Shown in pieces: positions 27,649 to 36,767 of a DNA stretch of 64,000 bases (position 1 is its first letter; each line of letters begins with the position of its first letter). The stretch covers positions 7,156-71,155 of the forward strand of contig JAFTTN010000063.1 in the NCBI GenBank assembly GCA_017466805.1. Reading direction: 5' to 3'. The notes beneath the pieces were generated by a model. The model was not told where the DNA came from. It searched no databases and saw only the letters and a list, made by a program, of their open reading frames with translations. Both the position numbers and the translations under genes were made by a program. This DNA comes from Clostridia bacterium (GTDB lineage Bacteria > Bacillota > Clostridia > Oscillospirales > CAG-382).

Positions 27649-28997
27649 AGCGGTTATCGATTAAGTTTAAAGTCACCTTTTGGTTTACGCTGATAATGAT
27701 TCTTATAGTTGCGGCTACTCTTGCTTTTTTGTTCTATATGGGCGAAAAAATAGTTTACGAGGAAACAAACGCAAGACTTACCGACGCCGTAGACGACAGT
27801 TTTAGCGAAATCAAATATCGCTTCGGGGAGCTTGATATCGACGACGACCTTGATTATTACAACGAGGGTGTATACATAGCCGTATACGACTCGGATAACA
27901 AGCTTATATACGGAAGACTGCCATCGGATTTCGACAGAGCACTTCCCTTTCGCTACGGCGAAATGCAGGCTATAGGAAATGACGAAAACGTTAAATACGT
28001 GCTTGATGAAGTACGTGACGTCGGCAAAGGATACGAGGTAACCGTACGCGGTGTTTTATCTACTTCCGGCAGTGAACGCGCTTTTTCTGCAATGCTATCG
28101 GTTGCTTTGATTGCTTTCCCGGCTCTGATCATCATTGCCGCTTTGGTGGGATATTTGCTAACCAAGCGCGCATTTAAGCCGGTTAAGCAGATAGTATCCT
28201 CGGCAGAGCATATTAACAGCGGCAACGATCTTTCAAAGCGAATTGGATTGGAAGACGGAAAAGACGAAATACACCAGCTTGCAAACGCATTCGATATGAT
28301 GTTCGACAGGCTTCAGGAATCGTTCGAAAACGAAAAAAGATTCACATCGGATGCATCTCACGAATTGCGCACACCGATTGCGGTTATTATTGCCGAGGCA
28401 GAAAACGCATTGGACAGCGGCGAAACACAGGGCGAAGCGAGAAGAGCACTTGAAGTAATATATGAAACTGCGGCAGATACCTCCGTATTGATTTCAAGCC
28501 TGCTAATGCTTGCGCGCGCGGACAAGGGACATCTTAAATTAAATAAAGAAATTATTGATTTCTCGGAAATATGCAGATTGGTATCGGAGCTTACGGCGGA
28601 AACGGCAGAAGAAAAAGAAATAGCTGTGACGTTTGAATCCAAGGAAAGTATTTTTATCGATGGCGACCAAGCCATGCTTATTCGAATGCTTTTGAATATC
28701 TGCGAAAACGGTATTAAATACGGAAAAAATGGCGGAAGGCTCGATATTTCACTTGAAAAAGACGGAAAATATGCAGTATGTCATATTATAGACGACGGGA
28801 TCGGGATTTCCGATGAAGGAACAAAAAGGATTTGGGAGCGCTTTTACCGCGTGGACGAGGCACGTTCTGACGGAAGCGGGCTCGGATTACCGCTTGCAAA
28901 ATATATTGCAGAGGCACACGGCGGTACGATTACCGTTAAAAGCGAATTGGGCAAGGGCAGCGAATTTTGTATAACCCTCCCCATATACGAGCGTTGA
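27645..28997 (+). CDS. sensor histidine kinase (2 TM, HAMP, HisKA, HATPase)
   Basis: H-box SHELRTP and G-boxes DDGIGI and GSGLGL. ATGA overlap with the RR gene. Confidence 0.9.
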   Translation: MKRLSIKFKVTFWFTLIMILIVAATLAFLFYMGEKIVYEETNARLTDAVDDSFSEIKYRFGELDIDDDLDYYNEGVYIAVYDSDNKLIYGRLPSDFDRALPFRYGEMQAIGNDENVKYVLDEVRDVGKGYEVTVRGVLSTSGSERAFSAMLSVALIAFPALIIIAALVGYLLTKRAFKPVKQIVSSAEHINSGNDLSKRIGLEDGKDEIHQLANAFDMMFDRLQESFENEKRFTSDASHELRTPIAVIIAEAENALDSGETQGEARRALEVIYETAADTSVLISSLLMLARADKGHLKLNKEIIDFSEICRLVSELTAETAEEKEIAVTFESKESIFIDGDQAMLIRMLLNICENGIKYGKNGGRLDISLEKDGKYAVCHIIDDGIGISDEGTKRIWERFYRVDEARSDGSGLGLPLAKYIAEAHGGTITVKSELGKGSEFCITLPIYER

Positions 28998-29043
28998 ACA
29001 AATCAATTTTTAAAAATTTAAAGATTAAAAATTTTTTCGATTC

Positions 29044-29076
29044 CTTAATGTGTCTTTAATCTTAGATGGATAAAAT
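29044..29076 (+). promoter_or_regulatory. candidate response-regulator box plus -10: CTTAAT-N4-CTTTAAT-N10-TAAAAT
   Basis: Same motif and spacing as at 26919-26951, upstream of the PepSY lipoprotein gene. Confidence 0.45.
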
Positions 29077-29131
29077 ATAGGTGTAAGATGAAGACATCGA
29101 ACAAATAACAATTTTAGAAAGGAATCATACT

Positions 29132-30223
29132 ATGAAAAAGAAGGTTTTATTATTAACCGTTTGCGCACTCGTTGCTTCGCTTTTGCTTGCAGGCTGCAAC
29201 GGCCTTGGAGCAGTTGAACCCGAATACACCACAGCAGGAAACGGTGCACAGGTAATTACCGAAGACACAGCAAAGCGTGCTTCGACCGGCTCGCAATCGA
29301 TCAACAGCGAAGACGTTACGTTTACCTCTGTCGAGCTCGAAACCGAAAACGGCAAAAGTGCTTACGAAGTGGAATTTTTATACGACGGATACAAATACAA
29401 GGTTGACATTGACGCTGAAACCGGCGACGTTCTCGAGGTAAAAAAAGAAGCCTACAGCGACGAAATCCTCGAGGTTGTATATATCACCGAAGAGGCTGCT
29501 CTTGATTCTCTTTTCGCCAAGGCCGGCTTAACCAACGTTACAAAGGCAGACCTTGAATATTGCGAAATCGAGCTTGATGACGACGGTGCTTTTTACAAAT
29601 ACGAAATCGAGTTTGTTTACAACGGCGTTGGTTATGAGGCTGACGTTTCCGCAATAGACGGAGCGGTTTATAATTACGAGCAATGGTTTATCAGAAACGC
29701 CGACATCGATAACGACAACGATGACGACGATGACGACGATAAAGTAACCGTTAACACCGACGAAATCATAAGCAAGGACGACGCACTCGCAAAGGCATTG
29801 GCGCACGCAGGTATTGAAGAAGCCGATATTCTCGGCAAGGTACACGTTAAGCTCGAACGCGACGACGGAAAAGCGGTTTACGAAATCGAATTTGTTTCGG
29901 GTTACACCGAATACGATTATGATATCGATGCAGTTACCGGTGAAGTAGTAAGCTTCGACCGTGATGGCGAGCACGCCTCCGCACCCGAAGCATCTATTCC
30001 CAATGCAAGCGAGCTTATCGACAATGAAGCGGCACTTGCTGCAGCATTTGCACACGCAGGAATTGATGCAGGTGCAGCAAGCAAAATTGAAATCGAGCTG
30101 GACGACGAAAACGGCGAATACGTTTACGAAATCGAATTTATGAGCGGCGAATACGAATACAGCTACGACGTTGATGCATTTGACGGCAGTGTTCTTCGTT
30201 TCGACAAAGAAATCGACGACTAA
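29132..30223 (+). CDS. lipoprotein with four PepSY domains
   Basis: Lipobox LLAGC. Four repeats of the Y.YE.EF...Y.Y..D..TG.V type, with a poly-Asp linker. Confidence 0.8.
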   Translation: MKKKVLLLTVCALVASLLLAGCNGLGAVEPEYTTAGNGAQVITEDTAKRASTGSQSINSEDVTFTSVELETENGKSAYEVEFLYDGYKYKVDIDAETGDVLEVKKEAYSDEILEVVYITEEAALDSLFAKAGLTNVTKADLEYCEIELDDDGAFYKYEIEFVYNGVGYEADVSAIDGAVYNYEQWFIRNADIDNDNDDDDDDDKVTVNTDEIISKDDALAKALAHAGIEEADILGKVHVKLERDDGKAVYEIEFVSGYTEYDYDIDAVTGEVVSFDRDGEHASAPEASIPNASELIDNEAALAAAFAHAGIDAGAASKIEIELDDENGEYVYEIEFMSGEYEYSYDVDAFDGSVLRFDKEIDD

Positions 30224-30230
30224 ACATAAC

Positions 30231-30265
30231 AAAAAATCCAACGGTTTGATACCGTTGGATTTTTC
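30231..30265. terminator. bidirectional intrinsic terminator
   Basis: AAAAAATCCAACGGT-ttgat-ACCGTTGGATTTTT. Confidence 0.75.
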
Positions 30266-30268
30266 TTT

Positions 30269-31189
30269 TTATTTTCTGTTCATATCAAGGTTTATATAAT
30301 ATTCGCTGCCATCGTATATATAAACTTCGGTGGGAGAATAGTCAAAGCCTTGAACGCTTTTATCCGGCCAGATGCTTACTGCCGAATTTTCCAATTCGGT
30401 CCATTCCTGTATTTCGCCCTTTTTGTAAAGCGAAAGGTTGGTGGCGTGAAGCTTGCGGAAATAAATCCCTTTATCTGAGTTTGCAAGGGTAATTTCCGTC
30501 CAATCCTCGCAAGGCTCGCCGTTTCTGTCGAGCTTCGTGTTGGGAGGATAATCAAGCGCAACGTTGAAAAGGAACGAAGTATTGCTTCCATCCTTTTTCG
30601 CGCCCTTTACCTCGACAGTTACGCTGTCTTTAAAGCGTCCGTCCAAGCTGTTTACGGTTAACACGGCGTAATTATCCTCTTTAATCGTCATCTTCATTTG
30701 ATACTGTGCGTTTTTTGGCAGGGTTTTTGACGATTCATACCAGCTGTTAGTATCTTCATTCAAGGTTTCATAGATATTATAAAAGAGGTGCCATCCGCCG
30801 TTTACGCCCGACCAGCAAAGGCCAACGTCGACACAGTTTATCCAATAGTTACCTTCGTATACGTCTATACCGAGGAAGCAATAGGCGTTAACGTGTCGCC
30901 CGTCGGGCAATACGTTATGGATTTCGGAATTTGCTATATCGAGCTCGACTGAAGCGCCGTTGTAGCCGCGCTTTGAATAGGCAACGAAAGCAGGTCCGTC
31001 ATCATCACTCATTTTGCCCTTGTTTTTATAATCGAGGGTTTTTATAGACTTTGTTGCATTTGCGGTTGGATCGGTGATTTCTTGTATTTGCTCCGACGCC
31101 GCTTCCGAAGAAGAATCGTTAGCTTTATCGCAAGCGGAAAGCGAAAGCAAAAGCAAAACGGTTAAAAGAAGCATTATTAATCTTTTCAT
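30269..31189 (-). CDS. hypothetical lipoprotein
   Basis: Signal peptide with lipobox LSAC. I recognised no family. Confidence 0.55.
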   Translation of the reverse strand: MKRLIMLLLTVLLLLSLSACDKANDSSSEAASEQIQEITDPTANATKSIKTLDYKNKGKMSDDDGPAFVAYSKRGYNGASVELDIANSEIHNVLPDGRHVNAYCFLGIDVYEGNYWINCVDVGLCWSGVNGGWHLFYNIYETLNEDTNSWYESSKTLPKNAQYQMKMTIKEDNYAVLTVNSLDGRFKDSVTVEVKGAKKDGSNTSFLFNVALDYPPNTKLDRNGEPCEDWTEITLANSDKGIYFRKLHATNLSLYKKGEIQEWTELENSAVSIWPDKSVQGFDYSPTEVYIYDGSEYYINLDMNRK

Positions 31190-31617
31190 TATTCACCTGT
31201 TTTAACGGCATTGTTCTTTTCGTATGCATCGACAAGATAGGTAATTACCGCTTTTCGAGTTACGATACCGATAAATACTCCCCTATCGTCGACCACGGGA
31301 ACAAAGTTTTGCTCGGTTATACGGTTGAAAAGCTGATCGACTGTGCAGGTAATGCTTACAGCGGGATTCCAACCCTCGCGCACGATATCCTTTATGCTCA
31401 CCTTTTCGTGCTCTCGCATATCGTTATCGCCTATATTCAGCATACAGCGAAGCAGGTCGCCTTCGGTAAGCGTACCGACGTAAACTCCGTCGGGATTAAC
31501 AACAGGAATCGCGCTGTATTTATGATAAGTCATTTTTTCAAATCCGTTACGCACAGTAGATACCGAATCGATATAAGCTACGTTACTTTTCGGAGTGAGA
31601 AAACGCATTATATTCAT
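31189..31617 (-). CDS. CBS-pair domain protein
   Basis: 142 aa with two CBS-like repeats. Confidence 0.75.
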   Translation of the reverse strand: MNIMRFLTPKSNVAYIDSVSTVRNGFEKMTYHKYSAIPVVNPDGVYVGTLTEGDLLRCMLNIGDNDMREHEKVSIKDIVREGWNPAVSITCTVDQLFNRITEQNFVPVVDDRGVFIGIVTRKAVITYLVDAYEKNNAVKTGE

Positions 31618-31630
31618 AATTTTCTCCTAT

Positions 31631-32089
31631 TTACAGTTTTATCTCCATATGACGCGTACGCGTGGAAAAGCCATATTTTTCATAGAATTCGACAGCGTTT
31701 TGATTGAATTCCCACACATTGAGCATTAAAAATTCACAGTCCTTTAGATTTGCATATTCACGTGCTTTATCGAGAAGGCTTTTGCCCACGCCGTGACGGC
31801 GCGCAGAGGGATCGACGCATAGATCGTCTATATACAAGGTAAGACCGTTTCCTTCTTTTATAATATCGCAAAAAATATAGCCGACAACCTCTTTATTAAG
31901 TTCGGCAACGAAAACGCCGTTATCTTCCATCGAAAGACGTTCGCGCACCTCTTCGACGGTATATTTACTGGTTAGATTCGGGAACATATCGGGTCTTCCG
32001 TTTTTATGCAGGTCGGCGATTAAACACAGAAGTCTATGAACGGATGAACTATCCTCGGGACGTGAATTTCTGATTATAAGATTATTCAT
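31631..32089 (-). CDS. GNAT-family N-acetyltransferase
   Basis: RRHGVGKSLL acetyl-CoA-binding motif. Confidence 0.8.
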   Translation of the reverse strand: MNNLIIRNSRPEDSSSVHRLLCLIADLHKNGRPDMFPNLTSKYTVEEVRERLSMEDNGVFVAELNKEVVGYIFCDIIKEGNGLTLYIDDLCVDPSARRHGVGKSLLDKAREYANLKDCEFLMLNVWEFNQNAVEFYEKYGFSTRTRHMEIKL

Positions 32090-32595
32090 TTTCTTTTATA
32101 GGTGCAGAATCGGAAAAGCATATCCGGTTCGGTATCGGTTTCGGGATTTGTGATTTGCGTTTCGCCCAGCGATAGCAATTCCCAATCGGGAGAAGCATCG
32201 AGATTCGGGAAAAACGCATCGCTTTCGAAATTTTTTTCGAATTTGGTAACGTAAGCGGTATCGCAATACGGGAGCAGCTGTTCGTATACCGTTGCGCCGC
32301 CGATTACGAAAACCTTATCGGTATCGTAGCTTTCGAGCTCCTTCAAGAGCGAATCGATAGAGCTGACGACTATTGCACCCTCGGGCGCATAACCGTCTTT
32401 GCGAGAAAGGACTATATTCGTTCTATCCTTTAGCACTCTGCCGCCCGGAAAGGTGGCAAGCGTTTTTGAACCGAGGATTACTGTATTCCCTTTGGTTAAG
32501 CTTTGAAAATAGCGAAGGTCGGCACGGACGCGAGCCAAAAGCTCGCCTTTATAACCGATACCCCAATTTTTATCTACTGCAACGACAAGCTTCAT
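32086..32595 (-). CDS. folA: dihydrofolate reductase
   Basis: MKLVVAVDKNWGIG...GSKT motifs. 169 aa. Confidence 0.9.
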   Translation of the reverse strand: MKLVVAVDKNWGIGYKGELLARVRADLRYFQSLTKGNTVILGSKTLATFPGGRVLKDRTNIVLSRKDGYAPEGAIVVSSIDSLLKELESYDTDKVFVIGGATVYEQLLPYCDTAYVTKFEKNFESDAFFPNLDASPDWELLSLGETQITNPETDTEPDMLFRFCTYKRK

Positions 32596-32603
32596 TTTTT
32601 CTC

Positions 32604-33434
32604 CTAAACCGCTATCGGAAATTTGCCGATTTTTTCGCCGTGAACGTAGTTTTCGACGGTAAAGCTTTCGGGAGTGAAGGCATAAAAATCGGTTATAGAG
32701 GGATCAAGCGTTACCTTGGGCGCATCGAACTGCTCACGGGTTATAATTTCCTTAACTATGGGTATATGTCTATCGTAAATATGTGCATCGGCAATAACGT
32801 GGACCAATTCACCCGGTTGCAACCCCGATGCCTGTGCAAGCATTAAAACGAGCGCGGCATACTGCGCGACGTTCCAAGCGTTTGCGGCAAGCATATCCTG
32901 CGAGCGCTGGTTAAGAATAGCGCACAGCTTACCGTCGACAACGTTAAAGGTCATCGAATATGCGCAGGGGTAAAGTGCCATTTCGTGAAGGTCTTGGAAG
33001 TTATACATATTGGTCATAATACGGCGGGAGCAGGGATTGTTTTTTAGGTCGTAAAGCACGCGGTCGACCATATCGAATTCGCCCTCGCGGTATTTATGCT
33101 TAACACCCATTTGGTAGCCGTAGGCTTTACCGATAGAGCCGTTTTCATCTGCCCAAGCATCCCAAATTTTGCTGTTGAGATCGTTTATATTATTGGATTT
33201 TTTTTGCCAGATCCAAAGTATTTCATCAACGGCTTTTGTAAAGGAAATGGGGCGGATTGTGAGAAGCGGAAATTCCTTTGAAAGATCATAGCGGTTAACA
33301 ACACCGAATTTTTTTATTGTATATGCGGGAGTGCCGTCTTCCCAACGGGGACGAACACGTTCATCGAACACGGGAGTACCGTTTTCGATAATATCCAAAC
33401 AGGTTGCAACGAATGCTTTATCTGCAGAGCTCAT
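32604..33434 (-). CDS. thyA: thymidylate synthase (ThyA)
   Basis: ThyA-like sequence. Start at the ATG (MSSADK) 4 nt after AGGAGAAG. Confidence 0.9.
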   Translation of the reverse strand: MSSADKAFVATCLDIIENGTPVFDERVRPRWEDGTPAYTIKKFGVVNRYDLSKEFPLLTIRPISFTKAVDEILWIWQKKSNNINDLNSKIWDAWADENGSIGKAYGYQMGVKHKYREGEFDMVDRVLYDLKNNPCSRRIMTNMYNFQDLHEMALYPCAYSMTFNVVDGKLCAILNQRSQDMLAANAWNVAQYAALVLMLAQASGLQPGELVHVIADAHIYDRHIPIVKEIITREQFDAPKVTLDPSITDFYAFTPESFTVENYVHGEKIGKFPIAV

Positions 33435-33469
33435 TTTACTTCTCCTATACAACTTATTTTCTTAAATAT

Positions 33470-33498
33470 ATAATAACACCGTGCCGGTTGTTTGTCAA
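33470..33498 (-). promoter_or_regulatory. sigma-A promoter of the thyA operon
   Basis: TTGACA, 17 nt, TATTAT on the minus strand. Confidence 0.55.
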
Positions 33499-33515
33499 GG
33501 AAGCATACGCGCAGA

Positions 33516-33544
33516 TTGACAAATATAAACGTTTTTGGTAAAAT
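33516..33544 (+). promoter_or_regulatory. sigma-A promoter of the HAD gene
   Basis: TTGACA, 17 nt, TAAAAT. It covers the track ORF's ATG at 33535, which argues for the start at 33580. Confidence 0.55.
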
Positions 33545-33579
33545 ATTCACAAACTGTTAATTTGATTATCGGAGTAAAA

Positions 33580-34047
33580 ATGAAGGTAATATTTCTTGAT
33601 ATAGACGGTGTTTTGAATTCGTTTAAATACGACCTCCACCGAGGTGAAGGCGAAGGCAATATAGATATAACGCGCATGCCGCTTTTAAAGCGCATCGTTG
33701 ACAAGACGGGTGCTTTGATAGTATTATCGAGCAGTTGGCGCAAATATTGGGAAAAAGAGGATAATTTTGACCCTATCGGTGCAGAGCTAGACGCGGTTTT
33801 CGGTCGGTTTGGCTTGGAGATATACGACAAAACACCGTTTTTGCAGATAGGAAGCCGCGCACACGAAATAATGAGCTGGCTGGAACAGCACGAGAACGAG
33901 GTTGATGCTTTCGTAGTAATCGACGATGCTTTCGGCGGTTGGGGCGCGATTACGAGCAACGTGGTACGTACCGATGCACGAATCGGTTTTGGCTTGATGG
34001 GTACACACGTTGACAAGGCTATTGAAATTTTAAACCGAGCGAGATAA
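33580..34047 (+). CDS. HAD-superfamily phosphatase-like protein
   Basis: MKVIFLDIDGVLN (DxDG motif I). RBS GGAG. Confidence 0.7.
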   Translation: MKVIFLDIDGVLNSFKYDLHRGEGEGNIDITRMPLLKRIVDKTGALIVLSSSWRKYWEKEDNFDPIGAELDAVFGRFGLEIYDKTPFLQIGSRAHEIMSWLEQHENEVDAFVVIDDAFGGWGAITSNVVRTDARIGFGLMGTHVDKAIEILNRAR

Positions 34048-34048
34048 A

Positions 34049-34075
34049 AGACGGAGCTTAATGCTCCGCCTTTTC
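34049..34075 (+). terminator. intrinsic terminator of the HAD gene
   Basis: GACGGAGC-ttaat-GCTCCGCC followed by TTTTC. Confidence 0.6.
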
Positions 34076-34105
34076 ATCAAAAATCGATTTCTTTTCAACA
34101 AGGGG

Positions 34106-34186
34106 CTACTGCGCCCATTAGGTGTCGGTAGCCCTATGTCAATTTGATACCTCAAAGAAGTATTTAACTTAAAAGTTTATACAACA
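34106..34186. repeat. 81-nt repeat, copy R1
   Basis: 77 of 81 positions identical to 35118-35198. Contains a stem GGGCTACTG/CGGTAGCCC around the loop cgcccattaggtgt. Confidence 0.9.
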
Positions 34187-34255
34187 GAAAGATATATATG
34201 CTTTCTTTACAGTTCGTTATCTTGCGGTTTGTTTTCAAGTGGTGCGTTTTGCGCA

Positions 34256-34975
34256 CTACACTTTGAAAAATTCTATAAATGATCTGATAGCCCAACGAAT
34301 ACCGCGTTTTTTATTTATTGTGTTCAATGTATCCTTCATACGTTCAACAACGATTTCTTCGTTACAAAACTCTGAAGTCATGCTCTTAATATGCTCCGGA
34401 GCTATCCAAATCGGTTTTTGGAGCGCAGCTTCGAGTATTGTCTTTGAGGTTTTGTATACTTTAAATACCGTGCCGTAGCCTCCCGCGCAGAGTTTTTCTC
34501 GAAGTTCGTTTAAAACGAATATAACTTCATCGACAAACAGTATAAGCGTAAAAGAGTCGAGCTTCGCGGCATTTTCTTGTACATATCGAAGCATATCCAA
34601 AAGACCGTTACGGTCTGCTAAACGCACTATAATTTCACCGTAACTGTAAAACTCATGAAATTTGCGAGAAGCATTGTTTTCTTGCAAAAAGCCGTTGCGG
34701 TGTATCTCCTTTAACTCTTGCAACCATTTTTCTTCCAACGCTTTGGGAACTTCATGTTTTTTATAGGTGTCGTATATTTCTTCACGAGCCATGTGGAAAG
34801 CGCTACCATCATACTTCATAAAGATTTCTTTTGCTTCTTTGTATTTGTTTTCGTCGCCCTGCCAAGCGTATGTTTCACGAACGCTTGGTTGTTTTTTATT
34901 AGTGGACAGTAATCTATAAAACCGAAAGCACACAATCAAAAAAATAATTGCCATCAGAACATCATACATCGTCAT
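34256..34975 (-). CDS. hypothetical, island family 3 (N-terminal TM helix plus helical domain)
   Basis: Shares KY.EAKEIFMKY.G and C-terminal ..ILE.AL.KP.. blocks with 36768-37313. RBS AAGGAG. Confidence 0.6.
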   Translation of the reverse strand: MTMYDVLMAIIFLIVCFRFYRLLSTNKKQPSVRETYAWQGDENKYKEAKEIFMKYDGSAFHMAREEIYDTYKKHEVPKALEEKWLQELKEIHRNGFLQENNASRKFHEFYSYGEIIVRLADRNGLLDMLRYVQENAAKLDSFTLILFVDEVIFVLNELREKLCAGGYGTVFKVYKTSKTILEAALQKPIWIAPEHIKSMTSEFCNEEIVVERMKDTLNTINKKRGIRWAIRSFIEFFKV

Positions 34976-35011
34976 TTTTTCTTATGCTCCTTGATGTTTG
35001 TCGTTTGTGAT

Positions 35012-35095
35012 AATGTCTTATATATTTCTCTGCCTTGGCTATGGCTTCGGGGTTTTGGATTATGTAAATGTTTTTTACATCATCAAATATAAATC
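35012..35095 (-). pseudogene. 3'-end remnant of an island family 1 gene
   Basis: Minus-strand translation DDVKNIYIIQNPEAIAKAEKYI matches the conserved tail NILIIQNPEAIAEVEKYIS. It has no start and no N-terminal part. Confidence 0.7.
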
Positions 35096-35117
35096 TAAAT
35101 CCGTCACTCTGTAAATT

Positions 35118-35198
35118 CTACTGCGCCCATTAGGTGTCAGTAGCCCTCTGACAAATTGATACCTCAAAGAAGTATTTAACTTAAAAGTTTATACAACA
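35118..35198. repeat. 81-nt repeat, copy R2
   Basis: See R1. The stem here is CTACTG/CAGTAG; the G-to-A change converts a G-U pair into an A-U pair. Confidence 0.9.
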
Positions 35199-35234
35199 AG
35201 AAGGAGATGTTTTCCTCTTATAAAAAACACATTC

Positions 35235-36035
35235 TTATGAAATAGATTGGAGCTTATCAAACAGGTTTTCCAAGCGTTTTTTTACACTTTCCTCGGATGC
35301 GACACTTTCCCATAGACGTTTATTCAAGTACGCCTCCGACATTTGTATCGGCCGATTAAGCTCATTTTCAAGAATCGGCAACAGCAAGTCATTTATCTTT
35401 GCGGTCAACTCGTCGTTTCCGATTTTTTCAGCAGTATCGTAAAGCTTTTCTGCGCGAAGCAATACAGAAATCGAGTCGAGCTCCTTTGCATTATCCGCAA
35501 AATACGACAACATAAATTCCAATGCAGTAGAATCGTTTAGTATAACAGCTAAATTGCCGAGATTTTGAAAGTTAAAAGTTTTGGTGGCTTCATCAACCTC
35601 GCCGGGAGCGGCCGACAGCACATTTATTGCTTCTTGTTTTAACTCCTCATTAAAAGCTCGCGATGCTGCTTCCCATTTTGGCGCAAAATGCGCTTCATAT
35701 TTAGCCATTAGATCTTTACAATAATGCAAACTTGTAATGTTATCATAGTTTTCTATTAAATAATCGATCAAACCAAAGATGTCAACGTTTTCGATCGGCG
35801 CCATATTGTTTTCGGCTGTTAGTATTTGTGTTAGTTTAAAGATTGCCCCATCACCAAGATATCGAATTGTAATATCGGGCGATTCATCATATCGACCTTT
35901 TGACAGCGAGAACATATAAATTGTATTAGAGTAAGCTATTATGTTTTTTCTCGATGCAACGCACTTATAACCTATTTTTTTGAAACAACGCATTTTTCTT
36001 TTGATTTGCCTTTTTTCCTTGAATGTGAATTCCAT
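35235..36035 (-). CDS. hypothetical; C-terminal domain related to island family 3
   Basis: The C-terminal half aligns with family 3 (..AKELDSISVLL...LLPILENELNRP..). Start at the second ATG, 6 nt after AGGAGG. Confidence 0.55.
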   Translation of the reverse strand: MEFTFKEKRQIKRKMRCFKKIGYKCVASRKNIIAYSNTIYMFSLSKGRYDESPDITIRYLGDGAIFKLTQILTAENNMAPIENVDIFGLIDYLIENYDNITSLHYCKDLMAKYEAHFAPKWEAASRAFNEELKQEAINVLSAAPGEVDEATKTFNFQNLGNLAVILNDSTALEFMLSYFADNAKELDSISVLLRAEKLYDTAEKIGNDELTAKINDLLLPILENELNRPIQMSEAYLNKRLWESVASEESVKKRLENLFDKLQSIS

Positions 36036-36052
36036 ACTCATCCTCCTATGAA

Positions 36053-36239
36053 TTAATCATTCTTATGCTGAAATATTAAAGTGTTCGCGCCTGATGTGTC
36101 GCTTACTATCGTGCAGTTACCCCAAGCATCGTAGTTGTATCTCGCTACAATATTGCCGTTCGAGTCGAATACGTGTACTACGTCGCCTTGCGCGTTCTTG
36201 CCGTAGTATACGTTTTTTCTTTTTTGATTTGTATTTTTT
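36053..36239 (-). pseudogene. start-less RHS/YD-repeat stub
   Basis: My translation gives ..KNVYYGKNAQGDVVHVFDSNGNIVARYNYDAWGNCTIVSDTSGANTLIFQHKND*. There is no start codon, and a stop lies directly upstream. Confidence 0.7.
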
Positions 36240-36260
36240 CATAATCACACGTCGGAATAT

Positions 36261-36704
36261 TCAAGAAATCTTTTCGACAACCTCACAAATTTTTGTGTTT
36301 GGGTAGTATCTGATAAGATAAGTTTCGCCAACCTCGACACCCTGTAAGTGCAGTATTATGTATTCATCGGTATCGATAACATATAGCTTGGGGTCGTTGT
36401 ACGAAATTTGACCGTTACCGTCTAAATCACGTTCTATGCGCGTATATTCTATAACTTTGCATTCTTCTTCGATATAAGTATCGTTTGTTACGTATGACAA
36501 ATCTTTATAACATTCAACGAAATGCTTGGCGGTCAAAAATCCAAATAACAGAAGAGCGCAAACGGAAACAACTAAAAGAACCGAACCGTATTTTCTTTGT
36601 AAAAATATTCGTTTTGAAAATACAATTGATACTATTAGCAGTATGCAAATTAATATTAGCCCTATTAACGATAAATAAAATAGTGTCCAAAATTGCTTTT
36701 CCAT
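36261..36704 (-). CDS. hypothetical 2-TM protein, island family 2
   Basis: MEKQFW... with the conserved tail NDTYIE...TDEYIILH..G..VGETYLIRYYPNTKICEV. Paralogous to 40821-41288 and 41285-41731. Confidence 0.6.
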   Translation of the reverse strand: MEKQFWTLFYLSLIGLILICILLIVSIVFSKRIFLQRKYGSVLLVVSVCALLLFGFLTAKHFVECYKDLSYVTNDTYIEEECKVIEYTRIERDLDGNGQISYNDPKLYVIDTDEYIILHLQGVEVGETYLIRYYPNTKICEVVEKIS

Positions 36705-36767
36705 GTTTTTTCCTTTCATATTTTGTTATATGCAGATCTAAATACTGATACTATTATGCGACATTAT

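Noticed and set aside
29695-29745. Poly-Asp (GAC/GAT) run as a possible standalone microsatellite feature
   Set aside because: It is an in-frame acidic linker between PepSY repeats 2 and 3 of one lipoprotein. Nothing indicates a separate function.
29528-30241. 237-aa minus-strand ORF
   Set aside because: Antisense to the PepSY lipoprotein gene. V/F/N/C-rich shadow frame.
33495-34016. 173-aa minus-strand ORF opposite the HAD gene
   Set aside because: The plus-strand gene has the DxDG HAD motif, an RBS, a consensus promoter and a terminator. The minus-strand frame is S/P/K/R-rich with no signals.
36094-36306. 70-aa plus-strand ORF, and the minus-strand MKKYKSKKKKRIL... frame, in the 36.05-36.26 kb gap
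   Set aside because: Both are highly basic, low-complexity frames overlapping the much more informative YD-repeat frame. They are treated as by-products of the RHS stub.
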